From: Pseudovirgaria hyperparasitica
Taxonomy: Eukaryota
Direction: 5' to 3' (one strand)
Length of the DNA stretch: 20,000 nt
NCBI GenBank assembly: GCA_010093815.1
Contig: ML996581.1
Positions within the stretch are counted from its first letter, which is position 1; each line of letters opens with the position of its first letter. Under the pieces are notes generated by a model that did no database searches, was not told the DNA's origin, and saw only the letters and a program-made list of their open reading frames with translations. Position numbers and translations under genes: made by a program. Shown in pieces: positions 1-11,040 of this stretch.

Positions 1-2
1 CG

Positions 3-1481
3 GCCTTAGGCACCGACATACCCTAGCATATACCAGATATACCCCTACTAGTACGATAGAAAAGGCTATATAGCGACATTACTAAGGGTAACTATATACC
101 TATCTAAAACGTAGAATATACCTAAAGGCGCACGCCGCTATAGATAGATAGAATAAAGGGGACCCCGAGAGGGGAAACCCTTCTAGATTATATTAACTAC
201 TAGGTAGCACGTATAGAGAAGGAAGCCGGAGAGGGCTAGAAGACCCTCCTATATATATTCTAGGACCTTATCCGGAATCTAAAGGGAATTATAGAGGAGA
301 AGAAGAAGATATAACTAGAAGGACCGAAGGGTAGGCTCGACCGAATAGAGGCCAGCCTATATAGAATCTAGGAGGAACTTACTTAAGGTAAGCGCCCTAG
401 TATATAGGTATAAATAGTAGTAACACCGGAGGCTATACCACGGGCCCCCCGGACCGGTAACGCGGCGTGTAGTATACGCGTCGCAATCTAGGATAAGGAC
501 ACCCTAGTATAGGTCTAGTAAGCATCCCTAAAGGACATAGTAAGTAAGATTAATAAATAAAAGGGAATATAGTTAAATATTATCGCTACTAAACTCACGC
601 TAGGAGGAGTAGTACTTACCACGATAACGAATATCGCGTAGTAGACCATCTTACGTAATCCAAACGCGATTAGTAGTATCTTTCTAGGCGCCTCTATTAG
701 GGCGGCTATATACCCGATATAGATATACTCTATACCTGTAAGCGGATAGGTTATCGGAGAAGAGGATATTACGCGGATAGAATAGTTAAATAAGTAAAAA
801 TACCCAGGGATTAAGATTATAAGAGTATGGTAGAAGAATATATAAGGGATTAAAACCAGATCGAAGGTATACTCTACTATAATAGTAGAGCTTAAGGACC
901 CCGCCCTCGCGTATTAAATTACGTAAGAGAGATTCCTAGCGGAAGGGGAGCTTCTTATAGCGGAACCATAGGATAGAGTATAGGCGATAATATAGTGCTT
1001 TAACTATTAGGGATACGGGTATACGGTATAGCGGTACTCCTAAAAGACTAGATATAGATAGTATTAATAAGAATATAGTACCTAGAAGTACCCCTACGGG
1101 ACACGAGGAGAGGGCTAGAGAGATAGAGATATAGCGAAGTACTCTAACTACGACGGCAAGTACCCGTTATAGTCGGCTACGTGCGCGAAACGTAAATAGG
1201 TTACTAAATATATCTACTTAATCCGGATAAAGGGAGTAAGGTAGCTATAAACGATGCGATCTACTACTATTCCTCTCTTTACTATAATACTACTACTATA
1301 GACTATCTCCTTATAAGGAAGCGGTTAGGAATAGTAAACTATCCCGAGAAAGCTAATAATAGGACGGCCCTAAGGAATTACTAAGGCCGCCGCCGTACGA
1401 GGATAGTCGCGTCTTAGAGGAATAAATATATAGGCCTATATATTCCCTAGCACCTAATAAGAGACCAAGATATACTCCTAA
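3..1481 (+). pseudogene. LINE ORF1 (gag-like nucleic-acid-binding protein), RIP-mutated, N-terminus outside the window
   Basis: One frame gives CFNCQGYGHTAQRC (996-1037, CX2CX4HX4C), CX2CX3HX4C (1053-1091) and CSNCDGKHPSWSATC (1140-1184, CX2CX3HX6C) after RIP reversal, plus a TWAQIAA-like motif near 400-420. The end coordinate is approximate. Confidence 0.88.
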
Positions 1482-4400
1482 TTATATAGGCAAACGTATA
1501 GTATAAATGTAAGAACTAGGCGACACTCCTTAAGGAGACCGGAGCTATAATACTCGCTATATAGGAGCTATATAAACACTACTAGACAAATAAACCAATA
1601 ACACACCTAGGATATTATATAATACACCCCCTAGGACCGGAGAGGAGAGTCCTCTTCTATGTCTATAAGTCTATCCTACTCTTATTATAGTTATATACTA
1701 AACGGGATAACCTCCGGATAATACTATACCTCTAGATAAATATCGGACCCCTCTATATATATAATATATATAATTAGAACCGATTACTTTAGGCGGATAA
1801 CATGCTTAAGGATACCACCGAGCTAGAATAACACATCCTCCTAGGAGACTTTAACCTCTATTATAGCTAGTAGAGTGGACTAACCGTTACCCGCGAAGAG
1901 CTTCGAGCTAGAGAACTACGTACCTAATACCACGGCTTTCTATACCTTCTTATACTAGTAGGATAGATTACCTAGCGAAAACATAAATAAGATAAGAGCG
2001 GATCCACACTCGACCTTACCCTAGCCACTAGATACATTTATAATAGGACTTAATACTACCGCCTAAGCCTTATATAGATAGACTCCGACCACGAATATAT
2101 AGAGACCGTAATAGACGTATCCACCCCTTAAGACTAATAAGGGCGATAGCTATAGAAGGATACTAACTAGGAAAAGTACCTAAAGGACCTAGAATCGACG
2201 ATCCTAGACCTGTCTATAGTCGACGTATCTAATGGCCCGGCCATTAACCAGGCCGTGAATATACTCCTATAGGCGTACTAGGGAGTAAGAGATAAACACG
2301 TGCCGTACTGAATATATAGACCCCTAGACCCGAAAAGTATATCTTAAGTATAAGAGTATAGGCGAGAAGTCTAGAGATTATATATACGCGTATACTATAA
2401 CTATATACCTAAAGCGTAGAATAAATAGAGAGAGACGAGAAGATAACGAGATAAGGTCCTCTATAACGAGCGATATAAATAGTAGCGTATAGTCACGGAT
2501 AGATATACACGTAATACCACTAGACTATGGTATATAGTAAAATGGGCTAAAAGCACCGCCTCCCCGACACCTATACTACTTATACCCCCCCTTATATATT
2601 AAGAAAAGACGTACTCTACGAGCCTTAAGAAAATAGAGATTCTATAAGAGGTTATGTTCCCTCTCCTAGAACCCGTAGACCTATTAGATATTAATAGTAC
2701 GGAATACCCGGAAGCCGTAAGTATCCCTAGGGAAATCACGGACGATAATATACTCGGCGCTATTAAGATACTCCCGAACGATAAAGCGCCTAGGCTAGAT
2801 AGAATTCCGAATCGATGCCTTAAGAGGACTATATAGGCGACCTTACTAATTATAGGCTATATATTCCGAGCGTGCGCCCGTATAGGATACTACCCATAGA
2901 GCTTCCGAACTATATATATAGTTATACTCCTAAAACTAGGGAAGAGTCTAAACACGCCGAAGGGATAGAGGCCGATCGCCCTTCTCTTCTACCTTAGTAA
3001 GATACTAGAAGCTATGATTACTAAGAAGATAAGTATAGTAGTATAGGTACACGGCCTTCTCCTAGTAAACCAGAAGGTGAAGGTAGAAAGCTCCCTAATT
3101 ACGGCCATTTAATACATCCTCGAGATTATCTAGACTATATAGAAATAAGGACGAGTCGTTACGCTACTCTCCCTAGACATAGTAGGGGCGTTTAATAAGA
3201 TAAACTATATAAGACTTATCTATAACCTCCGGATAAGGCGAATACCTAAGTAGATTATATGATTTATATAGTCCTTTCTCGCGTAAAGGACTACTTAAAT
3301 ATATATCCCCAGATACCGAAGCAAATATAAGGAGACAGTATACAGCATCCCATAAGGGAGCACCATCTCCCCAATCCTCTTCCTCTTCTTTATAGTAGAC
3401 CTCCTTTAGAGAATAGAATATATAGAGATAGTCGGATACACGGACGATATATACCTCCTCACGGTCGATAGTAGTACTAGTAGAACATATACACGACTCG
3501 AACAAGACCACGAGAAATACGTCTAGTAGGTAAAGCGCCACGGAGTAAAATTCGCACCTAAAAAATACTAGCTTATATACTTTATTAACCGCTATGGAGG
3601 ATGGGCTACTAGAGAGGGGGTACGTCGCCTCTAAATCGACGCCTTTATAGAACCACTAGCATAGAGTATACGAGCACTCGGCGTCATAATCAATAATAAG
3701 CTAAAATAGAGACCATAGGTGGTACACGCCGTCTCTAGAGCCCTCTAGATAGAAACCGCTATACGCCGGATTACAGTATCCACGTAGAGAATAGCCTAGA
3801 ATAAGGCGAGATAGCTATACGTCTCCCTAGCACGCCTAGCCTTTATATACGGACACGAGTACTAGTATACGGCCCTTATATAAGCTCAGCGGGTAAAGCT
3901 TAAGTCTATATAAAACCGTATACTCCGCCTTATCTCCGGCGTATATAAAGCTACTAATATAACGCTCCTCCGACGCGAGATAAACGTAATAAGTATATAG
4001 GACTTCTACTAGATATAGAGACTTATATACTTTACTAAATAATAAGTATAAGAACGTGGAGGAGATAGGGTATATATCTTCGCTGTACTACGTACACGTA
4101 TCCACGCGCATTACTAGGCCCTCTCTACTATAGAATAAACTTAAGTGTAATATAAATACTATATAGAGGCGGACTCGAGCTAGACCATATAGAAGGTTTA
4201 AAATAACCCGGATACCGTCCCGAGCTAATAGAGCCCTAAGGAGCTTAGCCGCGTTATATGGTCGTGGATCTAGGATAAATAGAGGGAGGTACTTAAAGCC
4301 TAGTAGGCCTCCTAATAGAATAGATATCTAGAATAGATCTAAGGGCCTTAGAAGGAACTAAGTAAATAGATATATAAAGGGCTAACGAAGGCCTAAGTAT

Positions 4401-4699
4401 CTATACTCCTCTAAGCCCGAATAGGCGCTATAGATCTTCTATATTACCTCTACTAGAGAGGCGTCCTAGATATATCTCCCTAGTATAAGGACTACGGCCG
4501 GAGAGGTATAATACGCCACTACCTCGCGACGTGCTCTAGCCTCTATACTCTAAGATAAGCCCTTATCCGTATAATAAGGACCTCCGACATCACGCGATAG
4601 CTTAATAAGTACTCTAAGGATGTCGCCTAATGGATGCTCGCATACCTTCCTCTCCCCTAGTTCTAGTAGACCCGTATATATATACTAGAAGAAGCCTGA
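1472..4699 (+). pseudogene. LINE ORF2 (APE endonuclease - reverse transcriptase - CCHC finger), RIP-mutated
   Basis: Motifs after RIP reversal: IIQANV, LAIQEP, LLGDFNLHH (~1840), STLDLTLA, DSDH (~2081), KAPGPDGIPN (~2783; the ORF track shows KAPRLDRIPN), WRPIALLSCLGK, LDMAGAFD, GIPQGSTISPILF, GY(A)DD at 3434, KFAPEK and C-terminal HYLATC at 4517. Start, 2654, 3434 and 4517 all lie in the same frame. Confidence 0.95.
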
Positions 4700-4741
4700 T
4701 ATATACTAGAAGAACCCCGGTATACGTCGGAAGAACCCCGG
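4679..4741 (+). repeat. 3 x 21-nt tandem repeat at the end of LINE ORF2
   Basis: tatatactagaagaagcctga / tatatactagaagaaccccgg / tatacgtcggaagaaccccgg. Confidence 0.9.
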
Positions 4742-4750
4742 GAGAACCGC

Positions 4751-4785
4751 GATTATTAGTTAAGGGTAGCCCTTAACTAATAATC
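4751..4785. repeat. Perfect 16-bp inverted repeat with a 3-nt spacer
   Basis: gattattagttaaggg-tag-cccttaactaataatc. Confidence 0.95.
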
Positions 4786-5005
4786 TCCGTACCTACACGT
4801 GCTGCCTAAGGGCAAACCATTATAATATAGACTGTAGGCCCATAGGTAGCCCCTAGGGCTATATATATATAAAGAACGAGAGGATAGACAGAGCGTAGTC
4901 ATGGATATGAGTAAGTTTTTTCTATTCGTAGGTTTCTTCTTATATAGTAGCTTAGACTAGAGGAGGCATGCGCCTATAGAGTGGTACTCTACCTAGTTTA
5001 CTAAT

Positions 5006-5026
5006 ATTATTATTATTATTATTATT
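5006..5026 (+). repeat. (ATT)7 3' tail of LINE copy 1
   Basis: Simple trinucleotide tail just after the conserved 3'-terminal block; the same tail type ends copy 2. Confidence 0.9.
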
Positions 5027-8000
5027 ATACTTATTATTATATAGGCGAACGTATAATATAAACGAGAAAACTAAGTAACGCTTCTAGAAGAGATAGAAGC
5101 CGTAATAATAGCTATCTAGGAACTATATAAACACTACCAAACCAACAAGCCAATAATACACCTAGGATACTATACTATCCACCCCATAGGCCCGGATAGG
5201 AGAGTTATATTTTATATATATAAGTCGATCCCGCTCTTAGAATGGTCTTATACCGAACGTAATAACCTCCGGATGATACTATATCTCTAGATAAGTATAG
5301 GGCCTCTCTATATCTATAATATCTATAATTAATAGTAATCGCTTATGCTAGATAATATACTCGAGGGCACCACGACGCCGGGATAATATATTCTTCTAGG
5401 CGACTTTAATCTCTACCATAGGTGGTAGGGAGACCCAGCCATCGCGAGAGAAGAACTTAGAGTAAGAGAACTATATACACGGTGCTATAACTTTCTATAC
5501 CTCCTTACACCCGTGGGGTAGATTACCTAGAGGAAATATAAATAGGACGAGAACGGGTCTACGCTCGACCTTACCCTTGCCACCGAGTATATTAGCTATA
5601 GAGTATAGTACTACCGCCCGAGCCGGATATAGATAGACTCCGACCACGAATGCATGGAAACTATAATAGACGTCTCCACTCTTAACTAATAACGTAGGAA
5701 ATGGCTATAGAAGGATACTAATTAGGATAAATACCTAGAGGACCTAGAATCGGTAATTCTAGACCCCTCTATAGTCGACGTATCCAACGGCCCAGCCATA
5801 GATAAGGCCGTGCAAGTCCTCCTTTAAGTATACTAAGCTATAAGAGATAAACACGTACTATACTAAACGTATAGACCCCTAGAAGTAAGGGGTATACCTT
5901 AAATATAAGAGTATAGAAGAGACGCCCGTAGACTATATACACGTGTATACTATATCCGGACGACTAAGGCGTGGAAAGAGTAGAAGGAAGTAGTGCGATA
6001 TTATAATAGGGCCCTCCGTAATAAACGACGAAAATAATAGCGTATAATTACCGATAAATATATATAGTAAGCCGTAGGGCTATAGCGTATAGTAAAGTAG
6101 GCTAAGGGTATAGACGCGCCGATACCGCCGCTACTAATACCTCCCCTAATATACTAAGAAAGAATATACTCTATAAGCCTAGAGAAGACGGAGATCTTAT
6201 ATAAAGTTATATTCCCCCTCCCGGAGCTAGTAGATCTATTAGATATTAATAACACTAAATACCTAGATATAATTAATATCCCCTAAGAGGTTACCGAGGA
6301 GGATATACTTAATACCGTTAAAGTACTCCCGAATAATAAGGTACCCGGACCGGATAGGATACTAAATAGATGCCTTAAACGCACTATACTAGCTACCCTA
6401 CCGCTTATTAGTTATATATTTCAAGCATGTATTAAGAACGGATACCACCCCTAAAGCTTCCGGGCTATCTATACTATTATACTCCCGAAACTAGGGAAGA
6501 ACCCTAGCTCCCCGAAAGGATAGAGGCTAATCGCCCTCCTCTTCTATCTTAGAAAGATACTAGAGGCTACGATCGCGAAGAAGATAAGCGCCGTAGCATA
6601 GAAATATAACCTCCTCCTAGTAAACTAGAAGGCGAAGGCTAGAAGCTCCCTAATTACCGCTATCTAATATATCCTCGAAGTCGTCTAGACCGTATAGAAG
6701 TAGGGACGTATAGTAACGCTACTCTCCCTTGACATGGCCGGCATATTCGATAAAGTAAACCATATAAGACTTATCTATAACTTGCGGAAGAGGCGTATAC
6801 CCGCGTGGATTACGCGGTTTATATAGTCCTTCCTCGCCGAAAGAGTTACCTAGATATATATCCCTAGATATTAAAGTAAGTATAAGAAGACAGCTTACGG
6901 CATCCTATAAGGAAGTACTATCTCCCCGATCCTCTTCCTCTTCTTTACTATAGACCTCCTCTAGAGAATATAATATATAGAGGTAGTAGAATACGTAGAC
7001 GATATATACCTTCTAGCTATCGATAATAATACTAGCTAAATATATAGACGACTCGAATAAGACCACGGGAGATATATCTAATGGGTAAAGCGCCACGGAG
7101 TAAAGTTCGCCCCCGAAAAGTACTAACTCATGTACTTTATTAACCGCCGTAGAAAATGGGCTACTAGGGAAGGCGAGCAACGCTCTAGAATAGACGCCTT
7201 CGACGAACCGCCGATATAAAGTATACACGCACTTAGCGTCATGATCGATAATAAGCTTAAATAGGGACCATAGGTAGCATACGCCGTTTCTAGGGCCCTC
7301 TAGGTAGAAGCCGCTATACGACGGATTATAGCCTCTATATAGGGAACCGCCCGGGATAAGGCACGCTAGCTATATATATCTATGGTACGACCCGCCTTCA
7401 CGTACGGACACGAGTACTAGTATATAGCCCTTATATAGACTAGGCGAATAAAGCTCGAATCTATATAGAACCGTATACTCCGTCTTATATTAGGCGTATA
7501 TAAAGCTACTAATACGGTACTACTACGACGCGAGATAGACGTTATAAGTATATATAACTTCTACTAGATATAGAGGGTAGTATACTTTACTAAATAATAA
7601 GTATAGGAACGTATAGGAAATATAGAATATACCTTCGCTACGCTACGCGCGCGAGTTAGCGTATACTACTAAGTACTCTTATATATAGGCCGGACTCGAC
7701 TATAGTATAAGTACCCGATAGAAACAGACTTAAACTAAGTAGTATAAGAGATTAAGGATAATCTAGATGCCCTTCTAGACTAATAGAGCCTTCGAGAGCT
7801 TAGACGAAGTATATAGTTATAGATCTAAGATAAGTAGAAAGAGACACTCTAGGCCTAGTGGGCCTTCTAGTAGAATAGATACCTAGAGTAGATCCGAGGA
7901 CCATAGAAGGAGCTAAGTAAATAGATATATAAAGGGCTTATAAAGGCCTAGGCATCTATACTCCTCTAAGCCTAAACGGGCGCTATAGAACTTCTATACT

Positions 8001-8302
8001 ACCTCTATAAGAGAGGCGTCCCTAACGTGTCTCTATAGTATAAGGCGTACGGCCGGAGAGGTATAATACGCCACTATCTCGTAATATACCCCGATCTTTA
8101 CACGTAAAGGTAGAAGCTTATCTATATAATAAGAACCTCTAATATCGTACGATAGCTTAATAAGTACCCTAAGGAAGTCGCCCGGTAGATAATTATATAC
8201 CTACTACTCCTCTAATTCTAGTAGACCCGGAAATATATACTAGAAGGAACCCGGCATATATTAGAGGAAACCCGGTATATACTAGAAGAACCCCTTAACT
8301 AA
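5027..8302 (+). pseudogene. LINE ORF2 (APE-RT-CCHC), copy 2, RIP-mutated
   Basis: LLGDFNLHH (~5395), DSDHEC (~5636), KAPGPDGIPN (~6338), LDMAGAFDKV (~6728), GIPQGS (~6899), GYADD at 6989 and CCHC at ~8028-8090. The end is approximate. Confidence 0.93.
8234..8294 (+). repeat. About 3 x 21-nt tandem repeat at the end of copy 2 ORF2
   Basis: tatatactagaaggaacccgg / catatattagaggaaacccgg / tatatactagaagaacccc. Confidence 0.88.
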
Positions 8303-8526
8303 TAACCTCCGTATCTACACGTGCTACCTAAGGGTAAAATAATAGTAATATAGGCTATAGGCTAATAGGTGTACTCTATGGCTATATACTTAAGAAGAAA
8401 TAAAGGTTTAACGAGATGTAATTATCGATATAAGGAAGTTTTCCCCTCTTGGGTTTCTTCTTATATAGTAGCTTAGACTAGAGGAGGCATAGGCCTATAG
8501 AGTACTACTCTACCTAGTTATATAAT

Positions 8527-8541
8527 ATTATTATTATTATT
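8527..8541 (+). repeat. (ATT)5 3' tail of LINE copy 2
   Basis: Trinucleotide tail after the conserved 3'-terminal block. Confidence 0.88.
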
Positions 8542-9268
8542 ATACTTAAATATAGATTACTTATATCTACTTTTAACTATATTAATACCTTTATTACTAA
8601 TAAGTTTATAAAGAGTTTTAGCTTACTTAAGAAGTATTATATATAGATTATTTCTAGTAGCTATTAGAACGGACGTTAAAAATTATACCTAGCTAGCTAC
8701 TATAGTTCTCTAGTTAACTATATTTATCTTACTTAATAAGGTTATATTATATAGCTATTAGTAGATATTAGTAAGATAGATATTAGTCTAGGTTAACTAG
8801 TTAATAATTCTTTTAACTATATTAATATTATATACGTAGATTTCTAATATAGTTACTTTCTTATTATCCAGCTAATCTTTCTATAGAATTATAATTAGAT
8901 TAAATCTTTATATACTAGTTTTAAAATTAATTATACGACTTAATTTAGATATAAAAAGTAATAGATTACTAATATTTAGTACTAAGCTACCCGAGTTCGT
9001 TCGCTATCTACTTAACTAACTATATAGTAAGCTAAAGTCTAAATTATTAGTAGTAGTTAGTAATATAAGTAATATAGTATATATATAACCTAATTATTAT
9101 AATTAGACTAAAATTAGATCGCCTACTAGACTCTTTATAGTTAGTTATATAGTACTTATAATCTTTAATAGTTACTTAGCTAAGATACTACTATTATTAT
9201 CTTTATATCTATATACTAGGTTAATATCTAAGGGTACTATCTAATTATAACGGTCGGTTTTATTTACT
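8542..9268. other. Extremely RIP-degraded unclassified sequence (left part of the Gypsy target)
   Basis: Very AT-rich and TpA-saturated with no recognisable motif. The TSD shows it was contiguous with 17076 onward before the Gypsy insertion. Confidence 0.6.
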
Positions 9269-9273
9269 ATAAG
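9269..9273. repeat. 5-bp target-site duplication ATAAG (left copy)
   Basis: ataag immediately precedes the LTR at 9274 and recurs at 17071-17075. Confidence 0.9.
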
Positions 9274-9475
9274 TATAATGGATGTAACTAAGGTATTACT
9301 ACAATAGTAATTAGAATATATTATAATTTAACTTAGAGAGAGTAGGGGTAGCTTATATAGGTTATAGCTTAAGTATAGTCTTAAGCAAGGTTACGTAATA
9401 CCTCTATACTAGTCTCTATCTATCCCGGCTCTATTATATAATACTAGAGATAAGGTAAAGCCGAAGTCTATAATA
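9274..9475 (-). repeat. 3' LTR (202 bp)
   Basis: Direct repeat of 16869-17070 with no indels; termini TAT...ATA are RIP products of TGT...ACA. Confidence 0.95.
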
Positions 9476-9477
9476 TA

Positions 9478-9489
9478 CCCTTATTCTCT
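9478..9489 (-). other. Polypurine tract (plus-strand primer)
   Basis: Minus strand reads AGAGAATAAGGG 2 nt before the 3' LTR. Confidence 0.7.
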
Positions 9490-9613
9490 AGGGTTATCTT
9501 AGGGACTAGCTTAGTATTTTATATAATAATAACCGGGCTTAGTTAGATCTCGGGTTTACGGTCTTTATATCGTACTATATAATAGTAGTAGGGCTATATA
9601 TTACGTCTAGTAA

Positions 9614-9842
9614 GGTAGCCGTATCTCGTAGTCGTGTCTCGGTCGTATAATAGAGGAGGGTTCCTCTATAATGGCGTCGTTAGTTATATAATCGCATAGT
9701 AGTAGTATCTTATAGTCGTGTTCTAGCGGTTACGTGGTAGAGGAGGGTTCCTTACCTTATAGCGTCGTTAGTTATATAATCGCACGGTAGTAGTATCTTA
9801 TAGTTATATTCTAGTAGTTATGTGGCGGAGGTAGGGTATCCT
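9614..9842. repeat. About 2.5 copies of an 87/88-bp tandem repeat in the element's 3' region
   Basis: Units beginning gaggagggttcc at 9653 and 9740, a degenerate start at 9828 and a partial unit at 9614-9652; shared core gcgtcgttagttatataatcgca. Confidence 0.88.
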
Positions 9843-11040
9843 ATATATAAACCGTGTATCTTATTTATTATTACCCGTTTTTAGAACCGGTTCTTCTCTA
9901 GACTAGGGGTTAGATAGTAGTAGTAGAGTAGCTTACGCACGGCCCGCGTTTATTATTATTATTATCTATTTTAGAACCGGCTCTACCCCGGCCTATACGA
10001 CTTTCTCTAACGTAAGTATATAGGTCCTATATCTAGCGACTTTCTTCTTCTTTAACTACTATTACATCTACTATCTTAATACCGCATATTAGCTATTATA
10101 ATATTAGTAAACTCGTATACTACCTCGTAGCTTCTATACTATTATTATAAGTACGCTAGGCCTAAATAGGCCTATTATAGAAGCCGGCACCGTCTCGGCG
10201 GTAGCTATAGATACTAGGGGTTAAGACCCTAACGATTAACGCGCGCCTAGGCGCTAGAAACTACCTAACCGTACCGTGAGTAGGTCCTATCCCTACGCCG
10301 TTCCTTATACTAACTAGATAGACTATTCCTTCTACCACCTCCTAATAGACTAAGCCTATTTACTATATAGAGCTATATATTATAGAGGGTAACTTATTAG
10401 AAGATAAGTATACTAAGTCCGTATACTTTATATATTATATATATATAAAGGCCTTAGAGAAGACTAGGGTGCTTAAGTACGTGCCGTCTCTATACTATAG
10501 TAGCGCCTACTAATCTAGAGCGTAGCTATAAGCCTAGCCGTAGTACTAACTATATAAAGTATTATATATTAAAGGGGATCTACTTATAGAATACTAAGAA
10601 GCTTACTATATACCTAGCCCTATATAAGGCGTAGAGCCGCCTTAAGAAGTTTATATATAAGTCGGTTAATAATAACTTTAGTTATATAATAGACCGTAGT
10701 AGTTACGGCCTAGACCCGACTAAGCCTTCGTCCGGTAAGTAGCCACGTATAAACTCTAAGTTCTACTATCTATATAAGGACTATAAGTCTAACTTAGAGA
10801 TTACGTATATTACCTACCGTAATACTAGTATTATTAGTTAGGTCTCTATAACGCCCTATCGCGGTACTATTATAGTAATTAAGATACTATATTATAGTAG
10901 TAGTAACCGTAGGTAGCTTAGTAGCGTAACTTACTAGATAAATTAGTATATATTATATAACGAGGCCTAAACAGGCGAGTTACGTACTAATATTAGCGCC
11001 CTATAGATATATATTTAGTTAGTCTAATTACTACTATCTT

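Larger units (their letters stand above)
1..5026 (+). mobile_element. Tad1-like non-LTR retrotransposon (LINE), copy 1, RIP-inactivated; 5' end lies upstream of the window
   Basis: ORF1 with three Zn knuckles, then ORF2 with APE endonuclease, RT and C-terminal CCHC motifs, a 3' UTR and an (ATT)7 tail at 5006-5026. Confidence 0.95.
5027..8541 (+). mobile_element. Tad1-like LINE, copy 2 (diverged subfamily), ORF2 plus 3' UTR only, RIP-inactivated
   Basis: Collinear with copy 1 at a constant offset of 3555 nt (ORF2 start 1472/5027, YADD 3434/6989, CCHC His 4517/8072); same 3'-terminal block; (ATT)5 tail at 8527-8541. Confidence 0.95.

Noticed and set aside
2654..2836. 60-aa ORF from the track as an independent gene
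   Set aside because: It is an in-frame piece of LINE ORF2 between RIP-made stops (contains KAPxxDxIPN).
3173..3541. 122-aa minus-strand ORF
   Set aside because: Antisense shadow of the LINE RT core; the plus strand carries the conserved motifs.
4956..4997. Hammerhead or HDV ribozyme at the LINE 3' end
   Set aside because: There is a three-way junction but no CUGANGA/GAAA core on either strand and no evident nested pseudoknot.
7013..7228. 71-aa minus-strand ORF
   Set aside because: Antisense shadow of the copy 2 RT.
9283..9475. LTR starting at the intact TGT at 9283
   Set aside because: Homology with the other LTR extends 9 nt further left, and the ATAAG TSD fixes the boundary at 9274.
9614..9842. 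CRISPR-like array
   Set aside because: Contiguous tandem units without unique spacers, no cas genes, and a eukaryotic TE context.
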